Shown in pieces: positions 38,692-48,521 of a stretch of DNA of 64,000 nt (its first letter is position 1; every line of letters starts with the position of its first letter). The stretch comes from Candidatus Krumholzibacteriota bacterium. Lineage in GTDB: Bacteria; Krumholzibacteriota; Krumholzibacteriia; JAJRXK01. The notes under the pieces were generated by a model that was given only the letters and a program-made list of their open reading frames with translations, ran no database searches and had not been told where the DNA came from. The DNA is taken from contig CAVXTH010000007.1 of NCBI GenBank assembly GCA_963764625.1, positions 32,001 to 96,000 of the forward strand, written 5' to 3'. The position numbers and the translations under genes were made by a program.

Positions 38692-40389
38692 CTACTCTCT
38701 GGCTGGATTTGGGCCCATTTGCCCGCCGTCGGTCGACTCGATCCACAGCCTCGAGGATGCATAATCGAGATAGAGATGGAAGCGAGAGAGAATTCCCGCG
38801 CCCAACACCCCGGCCACGTCGGTGCTGCCCATGACTCCTTCATTGCTGGTGCTGAAGTTCGCGGGAAGGTCGTGAAAGACGAAACTCCCGAACTCGAGCC
38901 GGCGGAGAAAACCGCGCATCGCGCGGCTGCTTCCCCCGATTCCGCGCACGCCCGTGGGTGACAGCTCTCCTCGGTCTTTCGATGCGAGCAGCTTGTGCTC
39001 CTGCACGAAGGGCGCGCTCAGGTCGAGTTCGTTGTCGCTTCCCGTATCGAGATGCACCCAGGCTTCGATGCCCTCGATCGAAACTCGCGCGGTGGGGACG
39101 TTGGCGTCCATGCGAAGCGGGATCTCCTCCGCATCGCGGGGAGGAGTAAACCCGCGGCGCGAATGAAATTGCACCCAACGATCGCCGTAATCGATTTCGA
39201 TCACGCTCTGGTTGAGGGTGTCGTAACCAAGCACTCCCGTCACCTCGTCCTGAGTGAGCAGCGAGGTGACGGAGGAAAGCTCGAGACTCACCCAACTCTG
39301 GGCGGGGAATTCCATGCGGCCGAGCGCGAGACTCTCGATCTGCACCAAAGCGGCGGGAGCACTGCCGGCCGCGCCGGTGGCTTCCAGTTCTCCCTGCGAG
39401 GAGAGACCCAGCGCCTTCAGTTGTCCGCTGTCGAGGATGCTGCTTCCCGCGCCGGTATCGAGGAGAAAGAGCCCCTCGTGGCTGCGGTTCAGAGTGCCCC
39501 GGAGAAGGATGTGGCTGCCGGGGCCGACCATGGCCAAACGGCCGCTCTCGCTACCGCCGTGGAAGAGGGGGCCGTCCCGTCGGCTGGCGGGAGATAGATA
39601 GGCTTCCTTGCCCCGTGGGGGCGCGAACTCGGCGAGCTGCAGGGTCGCGGTCAAGCTCATCTGACTTCCCGTCTCCATGCGGATCCGGTCGGGAATCCAG
39701 ATCCCCTCGACTTCACGGTAGTGCTCATAGATCGTCTTGAGCTGCATCTGCCCGTTGTCCCAGTTCGATTCGGCGAGCCGGTAGCTCACGGCGTCCAGGG
39801 TCAAGGTTTCGGGCTTGGCGCCCAGGAGTCTCAGGGAGAGGCGCGGCCGGCCGGTTTCGTCCGCCGCTTCGAGCGCGAGTTGCATGGGAACGGGGGGAGG
39901 CTCGAGGACGTACGCGCCCAGGTTGACGATCGACTCCAAGAGCGCTCCCGTTTCCTCGCTGCCTTCGGCGCCGCGCACCACGCCGTTACGGTCCATAATC
40001 CATCCGCGAGCGCCGTCGTAGCCGCTCTCGATACTCAAGGGACCCAACGCGAGGCGGCTCCACCCGTAGAGCGGAGCCTCGTTCCAACTCTCCACTGTCC
40101 CGGTCAGCCCCAGACCGGTCACCTGAGCCCGAATGTGGAGCGCGCGCGCGGGACTGCTCTGGCGCGAATACCCCATGGCGGCGGCATGCCGATCCAGGAG
40201 TTCCTGGAGGCTGAGCTTCGGGGCCGCTTCGGACCCTGGCCGAGGGGAGACTCTCTCTGTGGGAACGGGAGCGACCGTCGCCGTCGCGGAGGCGAGCGGG
40301 ATTCCGGTCAGCAACAAGGCCAAGAGTGACGCGAGAGTCCAGAACGGGTGGGGCTTGCGGTGAGGCTGGCGAATGACGCTTCCCTCCAT
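38692..40389 (-). CDS. Secreted aspartyl protease with two retropepsin-like domains
   Basis: Signal peptide; FLLDTGAG...GVLGYD and VHLDTGSD...GVLGAGIL. Confidence 0.85.
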   Translation of the reverse strand: MEGSVIRQPHRKPHPFWTLASLLALLLTGIPLASATATVAPVPTERVSPRPGSEAAPKLSLQELLDRHAAAMGYSRQSSPARALHIRAQVTGLGLTGTVESWNEAPLYGWSRLALGPLSIESGYDGARGWIMDRNGVVRGAEGSEETGALLESIVNLGAYVLEPPPVPMQLALEAADETGRPRLSLRLLGAKPETLTLDAVSYRLAESNWDNGQMQLKTIYEHYREVEGIWIPDRIRMETGSQMSLTATLQLAEFAPPRGKEAYLSPASRRDGPLFHGGSESGRLAMVGPGSHILLRGTLNRSHEGLFLLDTGAGSSILDSGQLKALGLSSQGELEATGAAGSAPAALVQIESLALGRMEFPAQSWVSLELSSVTSLLTQDEVTGVLGYDTLNQSVIEIDYGDRWVQFHSRRGFTPPRDAEEIPLRMDANVPTARVSIEGIEAWVHLDTGSDNELDLSAPFVQEHKLLASKDRGELSPTGVRGIGGSSRAMRGFLRRLEFGSFVFHDLPANFSTSNEGVMGSTDVAGVLGAGILSRFHLYLDYASSRLWIESTDGGQMGPNPARE

Positions 40390-40420
40390 CGGCGCGGAGT
40401 TGTGTGGTTCTCTCTTGGAT

Positions 40421-41185
40421 TTAGCTCAGGCGGAAGCTCTCGGCCACGAGCTTGATCGCGAACGCAATCACGCAGACGATCAAGAGCCGTCGCACCCACA
40501 CCTCGCCCCGTTCAATCTGGAGGTGCGTGCCCAGATAGCCCCCGAGCATGGTCCCGCCGCCCAGGACCAGGCCGGGGAGCCAGCGCACCTGACCGGCATG
40601 CCAGAAGATGGCGAGCGCGAAGAGCTGGAGGAAGAGAACCGTGAAGACTTTGGTCGCGTTCGCGCGCACGAGGTCGAGTCCTCCCAGGCGCGCCAGGGCC
40701 GCGATGATCAGAAAGCCCGCGCCGGCCTGGATGACTCCGGCGTAGATTCCCAGAAAGAAATAGCTCGCGCCCAAGAGAATCGGATGGCCTTCGATGCGCT
40801 CGGCAGACGCGCTCTCCCGCTTGCGTAGGATGAGATAGAGAACCAAAAGGAGGATGAGCGCCAGGATGCGCCGGAACCACACTTCGTTCAGATCGAGAGC
40901 GATGCGGGTTCCCAACCAGGCCCCCGGCAGCGAGGGAAGCAACAAGAGGAGCCCCAGGCGCAAGGGTAGCCGCCCGCGCCGGGCAAAGGTCGCCGAGGAG
41001 ACGGAATTTTGGAGCACCAGCCCCACTCGATTCGTCGCGTTTGCGACGGTGGTGGGAAGCCCCAGGAAGATGAGAGCGGGAAGCGTGATCAAAGACCCGC
41101 CCCCGGCGTTCACGTTGATGAAGCCGGCCACACCTCCCGCCAGGAGCAAGAGGACGAGACGCAGGGGCTGCAGTCCATCGAACAT
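40421..41185 (-). CDS. TSUP/TauE-SafE family sulfite exporter
   Basis: AGFINVNAGGGSLITLP, ANATNR, GIYAGVIQAGAG. Confidence 0.92.
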   Translation of the reverse strand: MFDGLQPLRLVLLLLAGGVAGFINVNAGGGSLITLPALIFLGLPTTVANATNRVGLVLQNSVSSATFARRGRLPLRLGLLLLLPSLPGAWLGTRIALDLNEVWFRRILALILLLVLYLILRKRESASAERIEGHPILLGASYFFLGIYAGVIQAGAGFLIIAALARLGGLDLVRANATKVFTVLFLQLFALAIFWHAGQVRWLPGLVLGGGTMLGGYLGTHLQIERGEVWVRRLLIVCVIAFAIKLVAESFRLS

Positions 41186-41366
41186 GCGAGCAGGCTAGAG
41201 CCGCAGGCACCGCGTGTCGAGCTTTGCCTGGGGGGCCGAACGCCCGGTGGCCGGTCCTTGCTCCGGCCAATTTTCCAGCCCTCCGCGCTGCCTTGCTCGG
41301 CGTGAAGTTGTGGTTTAAGGTGGGATGGCTCGCAAAGTACGGGTATCCCTTGAAGGGTCGTCTCCC

Positions 41367-42212
41367 ATGCAGAATGAATGCTGGAAAGTCGAGGTCCTCA
41401 GCGACGGCATCTATCTGCTCGACGGCGGTTCCATGTTCGGAGTGGTCCCGCGCGTGCTATGGGAGAAGAAACATCCGCCGGACGAAAAGAACCGCATCAT
41501 CCTGGCCTTGAATTGTCTTCTTTTGCGCAGCAAGGAGAGAATCGTCCTGGTGGACAACGGAATGGGCGATGGCTGGAGCGAAAAGGACCTGGCCATCTAT
41601 GGTTTGCAGCGACCGAACGGAGGTCTCGTCGACGACCTTGCCCGCCACGGTTTGAAGCCCGAGCAGATCACGGACGTCATTCTCACCCACCTGCATTTCG
41701 ATCACGCGGGGGGAACCATCACGCACCAAGAGGGCGAGCCCAGGCTCACTTTTCCCAATGCGATGCACTGGCTTCAGGACTCGAACTTGCGCTGGGCGGA
41801 GCAACCCACCGAACGAGATCGCGCGAGCTATCTGCGGCCGCGCTGGGAACTCTTGTTGGCCGAAGAAGGGCGCCTGAAATTGGTGGACGGCGCTCAGGAG
41901 ATCATGCCCGGAATCCGCACCATTCCGGTGAGCGGCCACACCCCCGGACAGCAACTCGTCGTCGTGAACGGCGAAAATGGGCAGGTGCTCTTCGCGGGCG
42001 ATCTCATTCCCTACGCCAGCCAACTGCGCATTCCCTGGATCATGGCCTACGATCTGAACCCCCTGCTCACTCTCAGCGAGAAGAAGGACATTCTGGCCCG
42101 CGCCGCGGCCGAAGATTGGATCCTGGTGTTCGAACACGACGCCGAGATCCCGGCCGCCAGGATCGAGTCCTCCGACCGCGGGTACGCGGTCCGCGAGCGG
42201 GTGGAGTTCTGA
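41367..42212 (+). CDS. MBL-fold metallo-hydrolase (YtnP-like)
   Basis: LDGGSMFGVVP, THLHFDHAGG, GHTPGQ, IMAYD, FEHD. Confidence 0.92.
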   Translation: MQNECWKVEVLSDGIYLLDGGSMFGVVPRVLWEKKHPPDEKNRIILALNCLLLRSKERIVLVDNGMGDGWSEKDLAIYGLQRPNGGLVDDLARHGLKPEQITDVILTHLHFDHAGGTITHQEGEPRLTFPNAMHWLQDSNLRWAEQPTERDRASYLRPRWELLLAEEGRLKLVDGAQEIMPGIRTIPVSGHTPGQQLVVVNGENGQVLFAGDLIPYASQLRIPWIMAYDLNPLLTLSEKKDILARAAAEDWILVFEHDAEIPAARIESSDRGYAVRERVEF

Positions 42213-42213
42213 G

Positions 42214-43110
42214 GTGGCCAAGAGCGAGCGTACCCGGCACGTGATGGGAGAGCCGCGCCTGGGCAAACCAGAGTGGCTCAGAGTGAAGCCCCGTGCCGGA
42301 AAGGACTATTTCGAGCTGCGGCGACTCTTCCGTGACAAGCAACTGCGCACCATTTGCAGCGAAGCGAAGTGTCCGAACACGGCGGAATGCTGGGGCCAAC
42401 GTACCGCGAGTTTTCTCATTCTCGGAGAGAGATGCACGCGTCGCTGCACCTTCTGCAACGTGGGCTATGGATGGAGCGGAGAGCTCGATCTCGATGAACC
42501 GCGCCGCCTCGCCGAGGGAGTGGCCTCGCTGGATCTGCGACACGTGGTTCTCACTTCCGTCGATCGCGACGATCTGGACGACGGCGGAGCCTCCGTCTTC
42601 GTCGAGAGCATTCGCAGACTGCGCGACCTGAGCGAGGATCTCCGAGTAGAGGTGCTCACCCCCGACTTCGCCAACAAGGAAGGCGCTCTGGGCCGTGTGC
42701 TCGACGCCGGTCCGGACGTGTTCGCGCACAATCTGGAAACCGTCGAGCGGCTCTATCCCGGAGTGCGACCGCGCTCTTCGTACGCGGGTTCGCTCGAAGT
42801 GCTCCGCACGGCGGATCGCCATTCGAAACGACCGGTGGTGAAGACGGGAATCATGGTGGGTTTGGGGGAGACCATGGACGAGATCGAGCAGCTCATGCGC
42901 GACGCCCGCGCAGCGGGAGTGGAGATCTTGACGGTGGGCCAGTATCTCCAACCGAGTCCGCGTCACCACCGAGTCGAGCGATTCTATCCTCCCGACGAAT
43001 TCCAGGAGATCGCCCGGCGCGGCCGGAGCCTCGGTCTGTCCTGGGTCGAATCGGGTCCTCTGGTGCGATCTTCCTATCATGCCGCGCAGCAACACGGAGC
43101 CCTCGCTTAG
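42214..43110 (+). CDS. lipA: Lipoyl synthase
   Basis: KPEWL, CSEAKCPNTAECW, CTRRCTFC, HNLETV, GQYLQP, VRSSYHA. Confidence 0.97.
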   Translation: MAKSERTRHVMGEPRLGKPEWLRVKPRAGKDYFELRRLFRDKQLRTICSEAKCPNTAECWGQRTASFLILGERCTRRCTFCNVGYGWSGELDLDEPRRLAEGVASLDLRHVVLTSVDRDDLDDGGASVFVESIRRLRDLSEDLRVEVLTPDFANKEGALGRVLDAGPDVFAHNLETVERLYPGVRPRSSYAGSLEVLRTADRHSKRPVVKTGIMVGLGETMDEIEQLMRDARAAGVEILTVGQYLQPSPRHHRVERFYPPDEFQEIARRGRSLGLSWVESGPLVRSSYHAAQQHGALA

Positions 43111-43117
43111 GCGCCCG

Positions 43118-44473
43118 ATGGCCCTGCCGGCGCGGCAGTGGGCCGCGGTGGCAGTCCTGGCCCTCGGCGTGCTGGCCGCGGTAGGTGGGGGCCTCTGGCA
43201 GTTCGACCGGCACGCGGGCGATTACCTCCGCGAGGCACTGGGGAACCAGCTCCAGGATCAGGCGGTGGGCGTGGCCTCGACCATCGCGGGCGACTCCTTG
43301 GCCTTCTGGGCCCTGCGAAGCGAGGACCCGAGTTGGCAGACGCCTCTCTTGAAATCACTGGGGCGCATTCGCCAGGATAACGAACTCGCCAACATCTTCA
43401 TCTGTCTTCCCGAAGGCAGAGTGGTATTGGACGTGAGCCAGAGTCTCGTCCCCGGCAGCACCAATCCTTTTCTCGCTCTGGACCCGGCCGAAATCGAGGC
43501 AGCCCGCTCGGGAATCGCGAGTCATTCGCAGCTCTATCATCCCCTCGGGGATCGTTACTTCATGACCGGTTACGCACCAATCTTCGACGCGTTGGACGAA
43601 GTGGCCGGTTTCGTGGGGGTGGACGCCAGCGTCGGGTACTTCGATGCTCTTCACGATCTGCGCCGCAGCCTTCTGCTCATCGGCGGGACGGTCGTCGCAC
43701 TGGTGGCTCTGTTGATGATTCTCTGGGTGGGTTACGCTCGACGTCTCGCGCGGGCTCGCAACCTCCTCTTGCGCCACGAGACACTCTCTGCCATGGGACG
43801 AATGGCGGCAGGAATCGCCCACGAGATTCGCAATCCGCTGGGCATCATCAAGAACACGGCTCAGTTGCTCAGGGAAGACCTACAGGAGCAAGGCGTGAAC
43901 GCGGAGATGATCGACTACATCCCCGAGGAGGTCGACCGTCTGAACGAAATCCTGACCGGCTACCTCGACTTCGCCCGTCAAGCGCCCGCTCATTTCGCCG
44001 AGTTAGACCTCACAAATCTCCTTCAACGCACGCTCCGCTTACTGCAGCAGGATTTTCGAGACATCGGCGTCGATGCGATGGATAGCCTGAGCGACTGTCG
44101 CGCCCTGATGATCGAAGGTGACAAGAGAAGACTCCAGCAGGTCTTCCTGAACCTCTTTCTCAACGCGCTGCAGGCCATGCCCCAAGGGGGGACTCTCGGG
44201 GTCGAGCTCGAGGAAAGTGCGGATTTCGTCACCGTCAAAGTCAGCGACTCCGGGGTGGGACTCGCGCAGGAGGACAGCACGCGCGTCTTCGAGCCGTTCG
44301 TCACCACGAAAGAAAAGGGAAGCGGATTGGGCTTGAGTGTGGTGAAACGGATCGTGGTGGAGGATCATGGGGGTAGCGTCGAATTGGAAGGGAGACCCGG
44401 AGGTGGTGCGGTGGCCACGGTCGTCCTGCCCCGGCGGCGCGGGGGGAAATCCAAATCGCAAAGAGGAGAGTAG
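43118..44473 (+). CDS. Membrane sensor histidine kinase (NtrB/ZraS-like)
   Basis: Two TM helices; AHEIRNPL; QVFLNLFLNA; DSGVG; PFVTTK; GSGLGL. Confidence 0.95.
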   Translation: MALPARQWAAVAVLALGVLAAVGGGLWQFDRHAGDYLREALGNQLQDQAVGVASTIAGDSLAFWALRSEDPSWQTPLLKSLGRIRQDNELANIFICLPEGRVVLDVSQSLVPGSTNPFLALDPAEIEAARSGIASHSQLYHPLGDRYFMTGYAPIFDALDEVAGFVGVDASVGYFDALHDLRRSLLLIGGTVVALVALLMILWVGYARRLARARNLLLRHETLSAMGRMAAGIAHEIRNPLGIIKNTAQLLREDLQEQGVNAEMIDYIPEEVDRLNEILTGYLDFARQAPAHFAELDLTNLLQRTLRLLQQDFRDIGVDAMDSLSDCRALMIEGDKRRLQQVFLNLFLNALQAMPQGGTLGVELEESADFVTVKVSDSGVGLAQEDSTRVFEPFVTTKEKGSGLGLSVVKRIVVEDHGGSVELEGRPGGGAVATVVLPRRRGGKSKSQRGE

Positions 44474-44474
44474 A

Positions 44475-45842
44475 GTGGCCCGGATTCTGGTGGTGGATGA
44501 CGAATCCAAAATGCAGGAGCTCCTGGCGAAAGCCCTCGCCCGGCGGGGTCACGAAGTACGCACCGCGGGCGATGGCGTGGCGGCGATCGCGCAGTTGGAG
44601 GAGTCCGAGGCCGAAGTCGTGTTCTCCGATCTTCGAATGCCCGGCCTCGACGGTGTCGAACTGCTCGCCAAAGTGCGTGAACGCTGGCCGAATACTCGAC
44701 TCGTCATCATGACCGGTCACGGTGACGACGTGCGTACCGCGGTCGAGGCCATGAAGTTGGGAGCCTACGACTACCTCACCAAACCGCTCGATCTGGAGGA
44801 GGTGGCGATCATCGCCCAGCGAGCCGCGCAGGAGCGCGAGCTCTCTCTGGAGAATGCCCGCTTGCGCGGTGTGGTTCACCGCCAGAACCAGGGCAAGGAG
44901 ATGGTGGGGGAGAGCGAGGCGATGGCGCGGGTACGCGAACTCGTACTGAAGGTCGCGCCGACCGACGCGACGGTTCTCGTTCGCGGCGAGAGTGGCACCG
45001 GGAAGGAATTGACGGCCCGGGCGATTCACCAGTACAGCAAGCGAGCCAAACGGCCCTTCTTGGCCGTCAATTGTGCCGCCATCGCGGATACCCTGCTCGA
45101 GAGCGAACTCTTCGGTTACGTGAAAGGTGCGTTCACTGGGGCGGATCAAAACAAGGCCGGTCTCTTCGAACTGGCCGACAAGGGAACGCTCTTTCTGGAC
45201 GAGATCGCCGAGGCGAATGCTTCGGTGCAGGCCAAGTTGCTCCGAGCGCTCGAGGAAAAACGCTTCCTCCCGGTGGGCGCTCACCGTGAGATCGAAGTGG
45301 ACGTCCGGATCGTCGCCGCCACCAACAAGGACCTCGAGTCTCTCATCGCGGATAACCGATTTCGCGAGGACCTCTTCTACCGCTTCAACGTGTTTCCAGT
45401 GGAAGTCCCGCCCTTGCGCAACCGCATCGAGGATCTGCCGGGTCTGGTGGGACACTTTTTGAGTGGTTTCGGCCGCGATCCGAACGAGATCAGTCCCGAA
45501 GTCTTCGCCCGTCTGCGCGCGTACCCGTGGCCGGGTAACGTGCGGGAGTTGCGGAACATCCTGGAGCGAGCGCACATCCTGGCGCAGGGGGAAGCGATCG
45601 GGCTGGGGCATGTGCTCCTGCCCGAAAGGCTCGGTGGGAGCGACCAGGAGCTGCTGGGCGCAAGACCGCTCAACCTTCGTATCGAGGACCATGAGCGGCG
45701 ACTCATCCGCCTGGCCCTGAACCGGGCGGGGGGGAACAAGACCAAGGCGGCCGAGCTTCTGGGGCTGTCACGCCGGGCCCTCTACAGCCGGATGGAGCGC
45801 CTGCAACTGCCGATCGAAGGCACCCCCGAGGAGGGCGACTAG
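44475..45842 (+). CDS. Sigma54-dependent response regulator (NtrC family)
   Basis: Receiver domain (VVDDE, DLRMP), GESGTGKE, GAFTGA, WPGNVREL, Fis-type HTH; GTG start at 44475. Confidence 0.96.
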   Translation: MARILVVDDESKMQELLAKALARRGHEVRTAGDGVAAIAQLEESEAEVVFSDLRMPGLDGVELLAKVRERWPNTRLVIMTGHGDDVRTAVEAMKLGAYDYLTKPLDLEEVAIIAQRAAQERELSLENARLRGVVHRQNQGKEMVGESEAMARVRELVLKVAPTDATVLVRGESGTGKELTARAIHQYSKRAKRPFLAVNCAAIADTLLESELFGYVKGAFTGADQNKAGLFELADKGTLFLDEIAEANASVQAKLLRALEEKRFLPVGAHREIEVDVRIVAATNKDLESLIADNRFREDLFYRFNVFPVEVPPLRNRIEDLPGLVGHFLSGFGRDPNEISPEVFARLRAYPWPGNVRELRNILERAHILAQGEAIGLGHVLLPERLGGSDQELLGARPLNLRIEDHERRLIRLALNRAGGNKTKAAELLGLSRRALYSRMERLQLPIEGTPEEGD

Positions 45843-45864
45843 GGCGCCGGCTGCAGCCGGTTGG

Positions 45865-45899
45865 CGTCCCAGCCGGGACAGAGTGTCCCTGAGGGTACA
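45865..45899. promoter_or_regulatory. Tandem dyad enhancer (putative bEBP upstream activating sequences)
   Basis: CGTCCCAGCCGGGACA (45865-45880) and TGTCCCTGAGGGTACA (45884-45899), both YGT-N10-ACA. Confidence 0.6.
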
Positions 45900-46017
45900 A
45901 GCACGACGGGGGATCGAGAGGGGTGAAGGGGAAAGAGAGGCCTTGGCTGGTCGCTCAACCCCATGTAAACAATGAAGTTCGAGTCAGCTTGCCGGTAAAG
46001 GGGTCAGGGGGGGCCGG

Positions 46018-46034
46018 TGGGAATGAGCATTGCA
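46018..46034 (+). promoter_or_regulatory. Putative sigma54 -24/-12 promoter
   Basis: TGGGAATGAGCATTGCA: GG(46020-21)-N10-GC(46032-33), with TTGCA. Confidence 0.6.
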
Positions 46035-46081
46035 GCAAACGGGGCAAACGATCCATTCTGGAGAATCCAGGAGCGCCGATC

Positions 46082-47173
46082 ATGAGAGCCATGCGTGCCT
46101 ACCCACAGCCTCGCCCCCTTCGTCCCCTCTGGGCGGGCCTCGCCTTGATCGCCCTGTGGAGCCTCGTTCTGGGCACGGCCCCCGCGCGCGCCGCGGACGA
46201 CAGAGATCTTCTGAGCGCCGAATTGGAGCGGACGGATTTGGTGCTGGAGCACGTTGAGGAGAGCGTGCGCGAGTCGAACAACCCCCGCCTCCACGAGCTC
46301 TTCAAGGAAGCGGTGGCGGTCCAGGATCTCGCGAAGAAACTCTTCGATGCCAGCCCGACCTCGATTGACGCCGTGGGCAAGCTCCGTGTTCTCGGTTTGA
46401 CGCGTCGCTCGCGAGACATGGCCCTCAGAATTCAGCGTGAAATTCGCAAGGACGTGACCTACCAGGAGCAGGCCCGCCGCCTTCTCGAACGGTCCCGCAC
46501 TCTTCTGGAGAGAATCGACGAGAATCGCGACAGCATCCGTGACCCACGGGTGCTGGCCGTACTCGACAAGGCTCGCCGACAATTGGCGACGGCGGAACAG
46601 CAGTATGCGGACGGAAATTTCCAGGCCGCTCTCCGCCTCGCGGATTCTGCCAACGCGATGCTACGGAATCTGGTGGAAGCGGCGCGAGACAAGATGAGTG
46701 TCGCGCGGGTGGAGAGTGAACTCGATCGAACCGACATCTTGCTCCAGCGAGCCAAGGATCGCCTCGAAGATAGCCGTGGCAAGACTCATCAGCTCCTCGA
46801 ACAGGCAACCACGATTCAACGCCGCGCGCGGGAAGCGGCCTCAGCGGAACGCCTGCAGCAGGCAATGAAACTCACCCGTCAGGCTCGCAAGCTGCTGCGG
46901 GAAGCGCTGGGAGACAGCGCCGATTCGGTGAGCCAGGCCGATTTCCAGCAGGCGCTCCAGCGTTTCGACGCGCGATTGGAACGTCTAAAAGACGAGAACG
47001 AAGGCGGACTGTCCGGCCCCGCGGAAGATCTGGTGAATCAGGCGTTGCAGTCGCGAGAGCGCGCGATGCAGGCCTCGAATTCGCAGGACTACGCGAGCGC
47101 GCTGGCCCGGATTCGCGTGGGGCTCGATCTTCTCAACCGAGCGGGGCGACTGCTCGGGTCGAGTTCCGGATAG
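46082..47173 (+). CDS. Exported all-helical repeat protein (about four three-helix repeats)
   Basis: Signal peptide ending ARA; repeats ELERTDLVL / LLERSRTLL / ELDRTDILL / ALQRFDARL. Confidence 0.75.
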   Translation: MRAMRAYPQPRPLRPLWAGLALIALWSLVLGTAPARAADDRDLLSAELERTDLVLEHVEESVRESNNPRLHELFKEAVAVQDLAKKLFDASPTSIDAVGKLRVLGLTRRSRDMALRIQREIRKDVTYQEQARRLLERSRTLLERIDENRDSIRDPRVLAVLDKARRQLATAEQQYADGNFQAALRLADSANAMLRNLVEAARDKMSVARVESELDRTDILLQRAKDRLEDSRGKTHQLLEQATTIQRRAREAASAERLQQAMKLTRQARKLLREALGDSADSVSQADFQQALQRFDARLERLKDENEGGLSGPAEDLVNQALQSRERAMQASNSQDYASALARIRVGLDLLNRAGRLLGSSSG

Positions 47174-47179
47174 ACCGTC

Positions 47180-48499
47180 GTGGGAAGGGGGGACTCGCTG
47201 AGCTTGATTGCTCTTGCTCTTTTGGCGGCAATGCTCACCCTTGTCGCCGCCGTTGCTCACGCCGATACTCCCAGACTTCAGAGCGAAGTCGAAGTGGGTT
47301 ACGATCGCTTCGCTCAGGTCTTCCGGATCACCGACTCGATTCTCCTCGATTCACTCAGTCCCACCGCCGTCTTGCGCAGTAGCTCGAAGGACACCACTGA
47401 CGTCTTCACCGAATTCAGGGCCCAAGGCGAACTGAGACTGCAAAGGCCCAAGGGCACGCATCGCTACGATCTTCTCCTTTTGGGCTCGTTGGGCTCCTCG
47501 CTCAACCGCGCCACTTTCGACGGCGTGTATCGCTACTGGCCCGAAAAAAGCCCCACGAGCTGGGATCTGGAAGCAAAGGTGGAGGGGAGACAGTTTCGAT
47601 CCGACTCGTCCTTCAGCCTGAACCACGACAATTTGAGATCACTGCTCAGCGCACGATGGCGGCGACGCCTGTCGAACTCCCTGCAATTCGGACTCAAGCT
47701 GACAGACGAGGATCTCCGTTACGATGGGCGCAGCGATTTCGAGTACGACCAGAACCGGTGGACCGCCAGCAGTCTCATGAGTTTGAATCGAGGGCTGGAC
47801 CTCACTCTCGACTTCGAGGCCGGAGGAGGTGCCCGCGCGGTTCCCGACAGCACCGAGATAGGCTATGAACGGGGATTTTTCAACGCGGACGCGCTGTGGA
47901 TCTTCGGGTCAGGCCATTCTCTGTCTCTCTTCTCGGCTTTCGAGCGCCGTGTCTTTCACGACCCCAGCGCGCGCTCGCCCTACTGGGATCTGGTGCTCCA
48001 GCCCCAGCTTCGCATTCTGCTCGACTCCGTCTGGCGTTTGAATCTCGACCTCGCGCAGGAACTCCTGTTGTACGACGTCGATGGTGAGGTCTACAAGGAC
48101 ACCTGGCTCGGACAAGTGGGCGTGTGCCTCTCGCGCCGCTTCGGCCAGCTCGAACTCGGGCTCGAACCGACTTGGTCCTGGGATTCGTCGCCCCGTTACG
48201 CCGACGACGAGTACCATCAACCCTCCGCGATCGTGAAGGCCGATCTCTACGGCACCGGCCGGCTCTGGTTCACCCTCAGCGAGGAGATCGGGCGCCGGTT
48301 CTACGAGGGCGCTCCGGAGGGATCCGTTCAGCTCTACACGGACTACACCTTCTTCCGTACCACGCTCATGGCGACGCTCACTGTTTCGGAGACCCTCAGC
48401 CTCAGTGCTTTCGTCAGCGATCAACCGGACAACCACGTGCGGGAAGAGGACGACAGCCGGCTCACGCTGTATAGTCTCTCCTTGAGATCCAGTTTTTGA
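47180..48499 (+). CDS. Putative outer-membrane beta-barrel protein
   Basis: Signal peptide (AHA), alternating amphipathic strands, C-terminal YSLSLRSSF. Confidence 0.7.
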   Translation: MGRGDSLSLIALALLAAMLTLVAAVAHADTPRLQSEVEVGYDRFAQVFRITDSILLDSLSPTAVLRSSSKDTTDVFTEFRAQGELRLQRPKGTHRYDLLLLGSLGSSLNRATFDGVYRYWPEKSPTSWDLEAKVEGRQFRSDSSFSLNHDNLRSLLSARWRRRLSNSLQFGLKLTDEDLRYDGRSDFEYDQNRWTASSLMSLNRGLDLTLDFEAGGGARAVPDSTEIGYERGFFNADALWIFGSGHSLSLFSAFERRVFHDPSARSPYWDLVLQPQLRILLDSVWRLNLDLAQELLLYDVDGEVYKDTWLGQVGVCLSRRFGQLELGLEPTWSWDSSPRYADDEYHQPSAIVKADLYGTGRLWFTLSEEIGRRFYEGAPEGSVQLYTDYTFFRTTLMATLTVSETLSLSAFVSDQPDNHVREEDDSRLTLYSLSLRSSF

Positions 48500-48521
48500 G
48501 CCCCTGAGCCGGGAGGGCGAG

